DNA of 64,000 nt from Bacteriovoracaceae bacterium (lineage in GTDB: Bacteria; Bdellovibrionota; Bacteriovoracia; Bacteriovoracales; Bacteriovoracaceae), in the NCBI GenBank assembly GCA_048270185.1, contig JBLWTJ010000001.1, forward strand, positions 992,001-1,056,000, written 5' to 3'. Positions 56,092 to 64,000 of this stretch are shown in pieces. Position numbers and translations under genes: made by a program. The notes beneath the pieces are model-generated. The model saw only the letters and a program-made list of their open reading frames with translations. It ran no database searches and was not told the origin of the DNA. Each line of letters opens with the position of its first letter. The first letter of the stretch is position 1.

Positions 56092-56449
56092 GCACAGCAG
56101 AGACTTTCAACGCTATTCATTTGAGTCTTATAATATTGCCGCATATACAATTATGGAAAATAAAAAGTTACCGGTTAAGCTAATTAATATTGGACTTGGT
56201 GGCTGTCTCATAAAAGTTTCTTCTGACATGAATATTGATAATTTATGTATTATCCTAGCTGAGAAACAAATCAAAATGGATTTGAGTCAGAGGTGGAGCA
56301 GAAAAGATGATAAATATAACTATATTGGTTTTAAGATAAAATTTAACGATTATTATAATTTCAACCTCTGGAAGAACTTAGTTCACTCTACTCAGAGAAT
56401 TGAACTTAAGCATAGTAATAATAAAGCGCCAAGAGACATTAGTCTATAA
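56084..56449 (+). CDS. PilZ-domain protein
   Basis: RDFQR (RxxxR), NIGLGG (D/NxSxxG variant), RW, IGFK. Confidence 0.75.
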   Translation: MNKHSRDFQRYSFESYNIAAYTIMENKKLPVKLINIGLGGCLIKVSSDMNIDNLCIILAEKQIKMDLSQRWSRKDDKYNYIGFKIKFNDYYNFNLWKNLVHSTQRIELKHSNNKAPRDISL

Positions 56450-56462
56450 GCCTGAGGTATTC

Positions 56463-57746
56463 ATGAATAAAAGCGTATGTGTAATAGGACTTGGCTATGT
56501 CGGTCTTCCTGTAGCCTATAATTTCGCTAAAAAGTACCAAACGATAGGTATCGATATTTCAAGCAAACGAGTCGATGAGTTAAATAATCATCTCGATCGT
56601 ACAAGAGAGATCACGACAGAAGAACTAAGAGAGCTTAGCATGAATTTTTCAACAAAGATTGAAGATGCGGCTGACTTTAATTTCTTCATTGTAACCGTAC
56701 CTACTCCAATTGATAATTTTAAAACTCCAGATCTTACTCCTGTAATAAGCGCAACAAATGACGTCGCAAAAGTACTAAAGAAAGGAGATACTGTCGTCTA
56801 CGAATCGACAGTCTACCCCGGTGTAACGGAAGATATCTGTGCCAAAATCCTTGAAGAGAGAACTGGTTTAAAATTTGGTGTCGATTTCTTTATGGGTTAT
56901 TCACCAGAAAGAATTAATCCAGGAGATAAAGAACATACGTTCACAAAGATCACAAAAGTCGTCTCGGGCTGTTGTCCAGAGAGCTTAGAAGATATTGCTA
57001 CAATGTATGCAAGTGTTATAGAAGCTGATGTCTTTAGAGCAACATCAATAAAAGTAGCAGAAGCATCAAAGGTTATTGAAAATATCCAACGGGATGTAAA
57101 TATCGGCTTAATTAATGAGCTGGCTCTAATTTTTGATAAGCTTAATATTAATACAACTGATGTTCTTGAAGCATCAGGTACAAAGTGGAACTTTCTAAAC
57201 TTTAGGCCAGGGCTTGTTGGTGGTCATTGTATCGGTGTTGATCCCTACTACCTTTCTTACAAGTCACAACAAGTTGGTATCATTCCACAAATCATAAATG
57301 CGGGAAGAAGAGTTAACGATAGTATTGCCAATCATATTTCGCAAAAGGCCGTAAAGCTTCTCATTCAAAATAATGTTAAAGTTAAAGATGCTAATATTGC
57401 TGTACTTGGGCTCACATTCAAAGAGAATTGTCCGGATCTTAGAAACTCAAAAGTTGAAGATATAATTAGAGATCTTGAAGAATATTCAACAAATACCCTA
57501 CTTGTCGACCCTCATTGTGACAAAGAAGAAGTTGAATCCAAGTACAATAAGGAAATTCAAGAATTTCATCAATTAGAAAATATCGACTTACTCTTAATTA
57601 ACGTGGCCCATAAAGAATTCACAGAAATTTCAGAAGAAGAACTGATTAAAGTCTTTTCTGGAAAGCCACCAATTATTATCGATGTTAAAAATATTTGTCC
57701 AACATCAATTAAAAAGAATAAAGAATATACTTACTGGAGCCTTTAA
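56463..57746 (+). CDS. UDP-N-acetylhexosamine 6-dehydrogenase (WbpO/TviB family)
   Basis: GLGYVGLP, VPTP, ESTVYPG, SPERINPG, GGHCIGVDPYY, TFKENCPDLRNS. Confidence 0.94.
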   Translation: MNKSVCVIGLGYVGLPVAYNFAKKYQTIGIDISSKRVDELNNHLDRTREITTEELRELSMNFSTKIEDAADFNFFIVTVPTPIDNFKTPDLTPVISATNDVAKVLKKGDTVVYESTVYPGVTEDICAKILEERTGLKFGVDFFMGYSPERINPGDKEHTFTKITKVVSGCCPESLEDIATMYASVIEADVFRATSIKVAEASKVIENIQRDVNIGLINELALIFDKLNINTTDVLEASGTKWNFLNFRPGLVGGHCIGVDPYYLSYKSQQVGIIPQIINAGRRVNDSIANHISQKAVKLLIQNNVKVKDANIAVLGLTFKENCPDLRNSKVEDIIRDLEEYSTNTLLVDPHCDKEEVESKYNKEIQEFHQLENIDLLLINVAHKEFTEISEEELIKVFSGKPPIIIDVKNICPTSIKKNKEYTYWSL

Positions 57747-58780
57747 TGGATCAGAGCTTACAAGAGCTATCAAATAAACTAATAAAAGAGCCTCGTAAAT
57801 GGCTTGTAACAGGTGCTGCTGGTTTCATCGGTTCTAACCTTTGCGAATTTTTACTAAATAATAATCAAATCGTTGTCGGTCTTGATAACTTCTCTAATGG
57901 ATCAAAGGCAAATATAGAAGACATAAAATCAAAGTGTCATAATCATGTTGAAAACTTCCAATTTCATGAAGGTGATATTAGAGACTTCAATACATGCTTA
58001 GAGCTGACAAAGGGAGTGGATCACATTCTCCATCAAGCAGCACTTGGCTCAGTCCCCCGCTCGATTAAATCTCCGGACTTAAGTCATCAATCAAATGTTG
58101 ACGGGACCTTTAATATGCTAAATGCTGCTCGAATGGCCAACGTTAAGTCATTTGTTTATGCCTCTAGTAGTTCGGTCTATGGAGATAATAACCTAGACTT
58201 CAAACTTGAAAGTAATATTGGGACCCAATTATCACCTTATGCCGTCACTAAGCATGTATGTGAATTATATGGAAGAGTGTTCAACTTAACATACGGACTA
58301 CCTACAATTGGTATCCGTTACTTTAATGTCTTTGGAAGAAGACAGGATCCAAATGGGGCCTATGCTGCTGTTATACCAAAGTGGATTGAAAAGGCCTTAA
58401 CAGGGCAAGACTTAGATATATATGGAGATGGTGAAACAAGTCGTGACTTCTGCTATATCGACAATGTTATCCAAATGAATATTAAAGCATCATTAAATAC
58501 AGACCCTAGTAATTTTGGCCAAATTTTTAATTGTGCATTAAGTAAGACCACTTCTCTTAATACTCTTTCAAAGCTAATCCTCGAAAACATCAAGGAGCAA
58601 TCAGGTAAAGAGCTTAACAGTAAAATCAATTACCAAGACTTTAGAAAGGGTGACATTAGAAACTCTCAAGCAAATATTACTAAGAGTATCGAAAATCTAG
58701 GCTATCAACCAGAAATCTTTATTGAAGAAGGTATCAAAAGAACAGTGCAATACTATCTTTCGAAAAAAGAGAATTTATAA
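57746..58780 (+). CDS. UDP-GlcNAc(A) 4-epimerase (WbpP/TviC family)
   Basis: WLVTGAAGFIGSNL, HQAALGSVPRS, SPYAVTK, YAAVIPKW. Confidence 0.94.
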   Translation: MDQSLQELSNKLIKEPRKWLVTGAAGFIGSNLCEFLLNNNQIVVGLDNFSNGSKANIEDIKSKCHNHVENFQFHEGDIRDFNTCLELTKGVDHILHQAALGSVPRSIKSPDLSHQSNVDGTFNMLNAARMANVKSFVYASSSSVYGDNNLDFKLESNIGTQLSPYAVTKHVCELYGRVFNLTYGLPTIGIRYFNVFGRRQDPNGAYAAVIPKWIEKALTGQDLDIYGDGETSRDFCYIDNVIQMNIKASLNTDPSNFGQIFNCALSKTTSLNTLSKLILENIKEQSGKELNSKINYQDFRKGDIRNSQANITKSIENLGYQPEIFIEEGIKRTVQYYLSKKENL

Positions 58781-58781
58781 A

Positions 58782-59933
58782 GTGAAAAAAGTTAATATCA
58801 CGCTAGACTTTAGGTTTGCTCGTTATAATGGCAAGATTTGGACAAAGTCATCATTTGATTACAAATTCTGGCAAAGATATTTAATGACATTTTCACATGT
58901 GAATATCATTGCACGTGTTGAAGATGTGAATTCTCAAGAAGGGCTAAAGCCTGTCACAGGTGACAATGTAACTTTCACAGAAGTTCCCTACTTCCTTGGA
59001 CCAAAGGATTATTTCTTTAAAAGAAGTGCCATCCGTAAGATGTTAAAAGGCATCATTAATCCAAATGAAGCCTATATTATGCGTGTACCATCAACAATTG
59101 CTGATGTTCTACAACCACTTCTAGTAAATAACCATATTGAATACGGAATTGAGCTCGTAGGAAATCCTTACGACACATTTAAGAAAGGTTCTTACCAGCA
59201 CCCTCTTCGTCTCTTCTTTCAATATTGGCTGACAAAGAATGTAAAAAAACAAATCTTTCAGGCCAAGAGTAGCTCATATGTAACGAAGACTTACCTACAA
59301 GAGCTCTACCCTAACAAAAATCCAAAAAATCAATTCAGTTATTCTTCGATATCTCTACTTCCAGAGCATATTTCTCATAGCAGAGAAGATTTTAACATGA
59401 ATAAGAAGCTACTCTTTATTGGCTCACTTGAATACCTTGTGAAATCACCAGACACGCTCATAAAAGCCTTTCACAAGGCCCTACAATCAAATGACAAACT
59501 CACCCTAACCATTGCAGGCGATGGGAAAGAAAGAAGCGGTCTTGAAGAGTTAGTGAAGAAGCTTGGTATCGAAAACAAAGTCACATTTCTAGGCTTTCTA
59601 AATGGTGGAGACGCTGTCAGAGAGCAACTTGACCAACACGATATCTACATTCTGACTTCAATTTCTGAAGGCCTTCCGCGAAGTATGGTCGAGGCCATGG
59701 CAAGAGGATTACCATGTATTGGTAGTACGATTGGCGGAATAAAAGAATTACTAGAAGAAGATGATTTAGTTGATCCACAAGATGTACAAGGACTAAGTCA
59801 AAAAATAATTGAGTTCTGTCGTGACGATGAGCAACTAAAAGAAAAATCAAAGAGAAACTTAGAGGTCTCTAAGTCATACTTGAATGAATTTCTGGATCAA
59901 CAAAGAAAGTCTTTTTATCAGACACTGCTATAA
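58782..59933 (+). CDS. GT4 glycosyltransferase
   Basis: SEGLPRSMVEAMARGLP, GGIKEL. GTG start just after the upstream stop. Confidence 0.9.
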   Translation: MKKVNITLDFRFARYNGKIWTKSSFDYKFWQRYLMTFSHVNIIARVEDVNSQEGLKPVTGDNVTFTEVPYFLGPKDYFFKRSAIRKMLKGIINPNEAYIMRVPSTIADVLQPLLVNNHIEYGIELVGNPYDTFKKGSYQHPLRLFFQYWLTKNVKKQIFQAKSSSYVTKTYLQELYPNKNPKNQFSYSSISLLPEHISHSREDFNMNKKLLFIGSLEYLVKSPDTLIKAFHKALQSNDKLTLTIAGDGKERSGLEELVKKLGIENKVTFLGFLNGGDAVREQLDQHDIYILTSISEGLPRSMVEAMARGLPCIGSTIGGIKELLEEDDLVDPQDVQGLSQKIIEFCRDDEQLKEKSKRNLEVSKSYLNEFLDQQRKSFYQTLL

Positions 59934-59997
59934 TAAGTGTCCCCCTTTGCTTTTATATAGATCTCGTATAAAAGAGAATATCTTTAACCATATTAGA

Positions 59998-60525
59998 TTA
60001 CTCACACTTTCTCTCTTCACCTTCTTTTAGGAGCTTAAATTCCATCAATACAAGTTGTGATAGTGGTTTCTTGATTTTTTGAATGAGGGGCCTACCTACA
60101 ATGATAGGACAAGTTTCAACCCTTCTTAAGTATTTACGGCCTGCACGAATTCCGGCTGCGTGAAATTTTAAATCACTCTCAAACTTTGCATTAACAGTTA
60201 AAGTCATTTCATATTGATCTTGTTGCAAAGAAAAATGAAGAGCGTTCTCAACCTTGTTCTTACTATACTTTAGCTCAGTTAGTTTATCGCCAGAGACTTT
60301 ATATGTTACCCAGAACTCTTCTCCTGAAATGATATTAACCATATCATTAAAAACATAGGGAGCCTTATCGATAGTTCCAGACCATGTGCTCTTATCTTTC
60401 TTTTTCAAGGTAAGTTTTGTTTGTGGACGACAAGTTGTCTTCGAGCAAATCTCTTCGATACTTTCATTTGCCAGAATACTGGTGCGTATTGAGAATAGTA
60501 GAAGCAATAAGATAACAGATTTCAT
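59998..60525 (-). CDS. Secreted hypothetical protein
   Basis: Signal peptide, 4 Cys, GAGGGG SD. Confidence 0.7.
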   Translation of the reverse strand: MKSVILLLLLFSIRTSILANESIEEICSKTTCRPQTKLTLKKKDKSTWSGTIDKAPYVFNDMVNIISGEEFWVTYKVSGDKLTELKYSKNKVENALHFSLQQDQYEMTLTVNAKFESDLKFHAAGIRAGRKYLRRVETCPIIVGRPLIQKIKKPLSQLVLMEFKLLKEGEERKCE

Positions 60526-60536
60526 AACCCCTCTCT

Positions 60537-61049
60537 TTAGAATAAGATTCCAATTGTTAAAACACCACTCGTGTCACTATCAGTGCTTTCTTTTAAATTA
60601 TACTTGTAACCAATTCCGAAATCTAAATGCATTCGATTAAAATATACCCACTGATGGCCAAGGACTACATTAACAAATTGTTGTCTCTCAACTTCCATAC
60701 TCTCATGCTTAACAACTGATGGGAATGTCTCATACCAAACATCATAGTCGACATCACGTCCCCACTTGTAGCCACCTTCAAGAAACCAAGAATCGCCCCA
60801 AGCATTCTCAGCTGTGTAGTAACGATATCCTACAAGATAGTCTTCTTGACTTGAATCTGTTACTTGGTTAGTACGAAAAAAGAGCGCATGTTTTTGGCCA
60901 AGGACTCTTAGATACTCTAAGGCATACATTGTCCCATGTAAGTTTGAGTAACCAAAGTTTCCAAGTGAAAAGCGGTTTTTAAATTCTGTTGCTGATGTTG
61001 ATGTTGATAAAGATAAAAGAAATAATAACAAAGTAATAATTTGTTTCAC
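60537..61049 (-). CDS. Small outer-membrane beta-barrel protein
   Basis: Signal peptide, amphipathic strands (GYRYY, LGHQW, DFGIGY), terminal F. Confidence 0.7.
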   Translation of the reverse strand: MKQIITLLLFLLSLSTSTSATEFKNRFSLGNFGYSNLHGTMYALEYLRVLGQKHALFFRTNQVTDSSQEDYLVGYRYYTAENAWGDSWFLEGGYKWGRDVDYDVWYETFPSVVKHESMEVERQQFVNVVLGHQWVYFNRMHLDFGIGYKYNLKESTDSDTSGVLTIGILF

Positions 61050-61078
61050 AATAATCCTTTATTGAAGTTGATAGTTAC

Positions 61079-61106
61079 TTATCGCCTCAAAACACAATGA
61101 ACTTGA
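61079..61106 (-). promoter_or_regulatory. sigma28 (FliA)-like promoter
   Basis: TCAA-N16-GGCGATAA. Confidence 0.5.
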
Positions 61107-61194
61107 TCAATATCTTCAATGATTTCAGTAAGATAGATCATCAAAGTAAATTAAGGAAGTTAGAAGAGATATCTATAAGATGCCTTAAGATTTA

Positions 61195-63753
61195 TCAAGA
61201 CCTTGACTCTGGCCCTCTCATTCTTTTAAGTATTTTTTCCAACTCGACGGCCATAAAAACAAAAGAAGAAAGACCTAAAGTTAGAAGTAATTCATTGAGG
61301 CTTAAAGCTCTAGTATGTAGAACCTTATTTAAAATAGGATGATAAATTGAAGCCAATTGAATACTAAGAGTTAAAATTACTGTTCCCCAAAGAAAGGGAT
61401 TAGTAAAAATTCTCTTTCGATTAAAGAATGAAAGTCTTTCTGAGCGAATTGCTAGAACATGGCCAATCTGACTTAAGCACAAAACATTGAAAACAATGGT
61501 TTGCCATGTATCTGGAAAATACTTTAGGCCAAAATACTGAGACGATACGACAACTAGCCCCATTAATAATCCAACCCAAATAATATGAGTTCCAAGGCCT
61601 CGACTAAAGATGCCTTCGTTTGGGCTTCGTGGCCCAACCTTCATAATATTAGGCTCTGCTTTTTCAACAGTAAGGGCAAGGCCAGGAAGTCCATCTGTCA
61701 CAATATTTATCCAAAGGATATGAATCGGAAGAAGAGGAATTGGTAAGCCTAGTATTGGTGCAAGAAAGAGTGACCAAAGCTCACCTGAATTACTCGTCAT
61801 TGTATACTTGATAAACTTTTTAATATTATCAAAGATACGACGGCCCTCTTTAACCGTATTAACAATAGAGGCAAAGTTATCATCTAATAGAATCATATGG
61901 GCCGCTTGCTTTGAAACATCTGTCCCAGTAATCCCCATGGCAATACCAATATCTGCTTTCTTAAGAGCAGGAGCATCATTGACTCCATCTCCTGTCATCG
62001 CGACATAATGTCCTCTGTCTTGAAGAGCTTTAATTATTCTAAGCTTCTGTGCCGGAGTTGCTCGGGCATAGACCTTAATATCTTCAACTCTCGCTAGAAA
62101 TTCCTCATCCGCCATCTCATCAAATTCGTAACTACTAAGGACAAGAGAGTCATTATTATCTTCTAAGATACCAAGTCGAGTTGCAATTGAAGTCGCTGTG
62201 GCCTTGTGATCCCCCGTAATCATCACTGTTTTAATTCCAGCAGACTTGCATAGGGCCACGGCTTCTTTGGCTTCTTCGCGAGGAGGGTCCATCATTCCAA
62301 CAAGGCCTAAGAATTCGAGATTCGACTCAAAAACTTCAATACTAATATCATCTGGAAGTTGATCAAAATGTCTGTGACAGAAAGCTAAAACTCTAAGACC
62401 TTGAGCGGCCATGGTATCTGCTTTCTCTAGTATATCCTTGTCTTGCGTAATTGCTTCAACTGCACCTTTCGTAAATCCTATATACCCACCGGCTGGATCC
62501 TTATGAATTGTTGTCATTTTCTTTCGATCTGAATCAAATGGAAATTCAAGAACACGTGAATAGTTTTTTAATAAATCTTCTTTTTTACCACTCTTTGACT
62601 CACCAAAAGCAAGTAGAGCTGTTTCTGTTGGATCACCTATAAGAGTATTATTCTTACCATAACTAGCGTCATTACTAATAGAAATGGCCAGATAGAAGTG
62701 ATGGAGTAACGATGGCCGATGACAGTAGATATCTTCAACTTGCATACGATTCTGTGTTAGGGTTCCAGTCTTATCACTGCAAATATAAGAAACTGATCCA
62801 AGTGTTTCAACAGCAGCAAGCTTTCTCATCAATGCATTCTTCTTCACAAGCCTTCTGGCCCCAATGGCCAAGGAAATTGTAATGACAGCAGGAAGAGCTT
62901 CAGGGATGGCAGCGACAGCAAGAGAAATCGCGGTTAAAAGCATTAAGAGAGGCGGCTCACCTCTAAGTAATCCAGCAGCAAAGAAAATAGCACATAGAAT
63001 TAAAATAATAATCGCTAAATTCTTACCAAAGACGGCCAGCCTTTTTTGTAGAGGGGTCTTTACTTCCTTCTGTGTTTGTAACATTCCTGCGATTTGACCG
63101 ATTTGAGTCTGCATACCAGTTTCAACGACTACTCCTTGTGAGCGTCCGTAAGTCACAACCGTCCCTTTAAAGGCCATATTATGTTGGTCACCGAGAGAAG
63201 AGTTAAAATCAGCTAGAACTGATTCATTTTTTAAAACAGGAACTGACTCACCGGTAAGGGCCGCCTCTTCAATTTGAAGATTCTTTACTTCAAATAAGCG
63301 TAAATCGGCTGCAACAATATCCCCCGCTTCAAGAGTGATAATATCCCCAGGAACTAGCTCACTGGCATTAATGCTTACGAGAACTCCATCACGAAAAACC
63401 TTTGCATGTGGTGCGGACATTTTCTTCAAGGCCTCAATGGCCTTTTCAGCGCGAAACTCTTGTACAAAGCCAATAATTCCATTGAGAATAATGATTACAA
63501 AGATGGCAATTGTATCAGCAGCTTCTCCCACAAGGCCTGCAATGACGGCCGCAACTAAGAGAACAAGAATCATGAAGTCTTTAAATTGATCAAAGAAGAT
63601 AGCGAAGGGACTTTTTTGTGCTTTCTCTTGTAATTGGTTAGGTCCGAATTGGCTTAACTTATCAAAAGCTTGTGAAGAAGAAAGCCCATTTGTGAAACTT
63701 TGAGTATTCTCTAAGACTTCCTCAATTGTTAAATTAAACCATGCCTTTTTCAT
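61195..63753 (-). CDS. P-type cation-transporting ATPase (type IIA, Ca2+-like)
   Basis: LTGES, IPEALP, DKTGTLT, KGA, MITGD, GDGVNDAPAL, NIVTDGLP. Confidence 0.96.
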   Translation of the reverse strand: MKKAWFNLTIEEVLENTQSFTNGLSSSQAFDKLSQFGPNQLQEKAQKSPFAIFFDQFKDFMILVLLVAAVIAGLVGEAADTIAIFVIIILNGIIGFVQEFRAEKAIEALKKMSAPHAKVFRDGVLVSINASELVPGDIITLEAGDIVAADLRLFEVKNLQIEEAALTGESVPVLKNESVLADFNSSLGDQHNMAFKGTVVTYGRSQGVVVETGMQTQIGQIAGMLQTQKEVKTPLQKRLAVFGKNLAIIILILCAIFFAAGLLRGEPPLLMLLTAISLAVAAIPEALPAVITISLAIGARRLVKKNALMRKLAAVETLGSVSYICSDKTGTLTQNRMQVEDIYCHRPSLLHHFYLAISISNDASYGKNNTLIGDPTETALLAFGESKSGKKEDLLKNYSRVLEFPFDSDRKKMTTIHKDPAGGYIGFTKGAVEAITQDKDILEKADTMAAQGLRVLAFCHRHFDQLPDDISIEVFESNLEFLGLVGMMDPPREEAKEAVALCKSAGIKTVMITGDHKATATSIATRLGILEDNNDSLVLSSYEFDEMADEEFLARVEDIKVYARATPAQKLRIIKALQDRGHYVAMTGDGVNDAPALKKADIGIAMGITGTDVSKQAAHMILLDDNFASIVNTVKEGRRIFDNIKKFIKYTMTSNSGELWSLFLAPILGLPIPLLPIHILWINIVTDGLPGLALTVEKAEPNIMKVGPRSPNEGIFSRGLGTHIIWVGLLMGLVVVSSQYFGLKYFPDTWQTIVFNVLCLSQIGHVLAIRSERLSFFNRKRIFTNPFLWGTVILTLSIQLASIYHPILNKVLHTRALSLNELLLTLGLSSFVFMAVELEKILKRMRGPESRS

Positions 63754-63804
63754 TTGCCACCAACCAATTTATTACACAGAGTAATATTATTAGATTAAAG
63801 ACAA

Positions 63805-64000
63805 TTAATCAAAGCGAGAAAAGAGAATAACAGCAATATTTGGCTCGGCCATTTGAGAGGCCATTACTTGATAAATCCCACCTTGAGTCTCGACCACACA
63901 CATAAATGAACTTCCCTCTGATAAGGAGCTAACTTCAGAAAAACTTTGCTTAGCGATAAAGTTCTCACTGCAACCATTTTTCTTCATTGTCTCTTTAACA
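63805..64000 (-). CDS. Hypothetical protein, probably 5'-truncated by the window edge
   Basis: Frame stays open upstream of ATG 63987 to position 64000. Confidence 0.55.
   Translation of the reverse strand, partial: VKETMKKNGCSENFIAKQSFSEVSSLSEGSSFMCVVETQGGIYQVMASQMAEPNIAVILFSRFD

Noticed and set aside
1114..63589. Numerous 60-145 aa ORFs nested in or antisense to long genes
   Set aside because: Shadow ORFs with no motifs or RBS, fully overlapping well-supported CDS.
1..64000. Mobile elements, prophage, defence systems, tRNA/rRNA, CRISPR
   Set aside because: No transposase, integrase, phage, cas, nuclease or reverse transcriptase motifs recognised; intergenic gaps are short (under 300 bp) and show no arrays or cloverleafs.

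Overview
AT-rich, gene-dense bacterial chromosome segment with about 55 CDS. I saw no rRNA, tRNA, CRISPR array, prophage or IS element. The many orphan secreted or Cys-rich proteins, sigma28-like promoters and an 'RSVAS' lipoprotein linker suggest a Bdellovibrionota predator (Halobacteriovorax/Bacteriovorax-like); this is inference, not a database match. Recognisable blocks are: (1) a photo-oxidative stress operon (TIGR01777-SRPBCC fusion, lipocalin, DUF523/DUF1722, photolyase) behind a sigmaE/ChrR-type promoter; (2) hemN, ompW, an OsmC-YcaO fusion and gpx; (3) btpA-pfkB followed by a URC-type uracil catabolism operon (mmsA-urc1-urc4-upp-udk); (4) a complete glucose PTS operon ending in a secreted fungal-like GH15 glucoamylase; (5) two-component and orphan secreted genes; (6) a 16.4 kb Wzx/Wzy polysaccharide locus with a PglC-PglD-PglE triple fusion, a minimal Wza, a degenerate BY-kinase, a beta-helix protein and a PilZ protein; (7) a P-type ATPase. 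The most striking non-coding signal is a recurring architecture in which a hairpin sequesters the Shine-Dalgarno and its 5' arm overlaps the gene's own -10 box (ompW, gpx, a sensor kinase and others). This would silence read-through transcripts. All functional calls come from motif recognition by eye.
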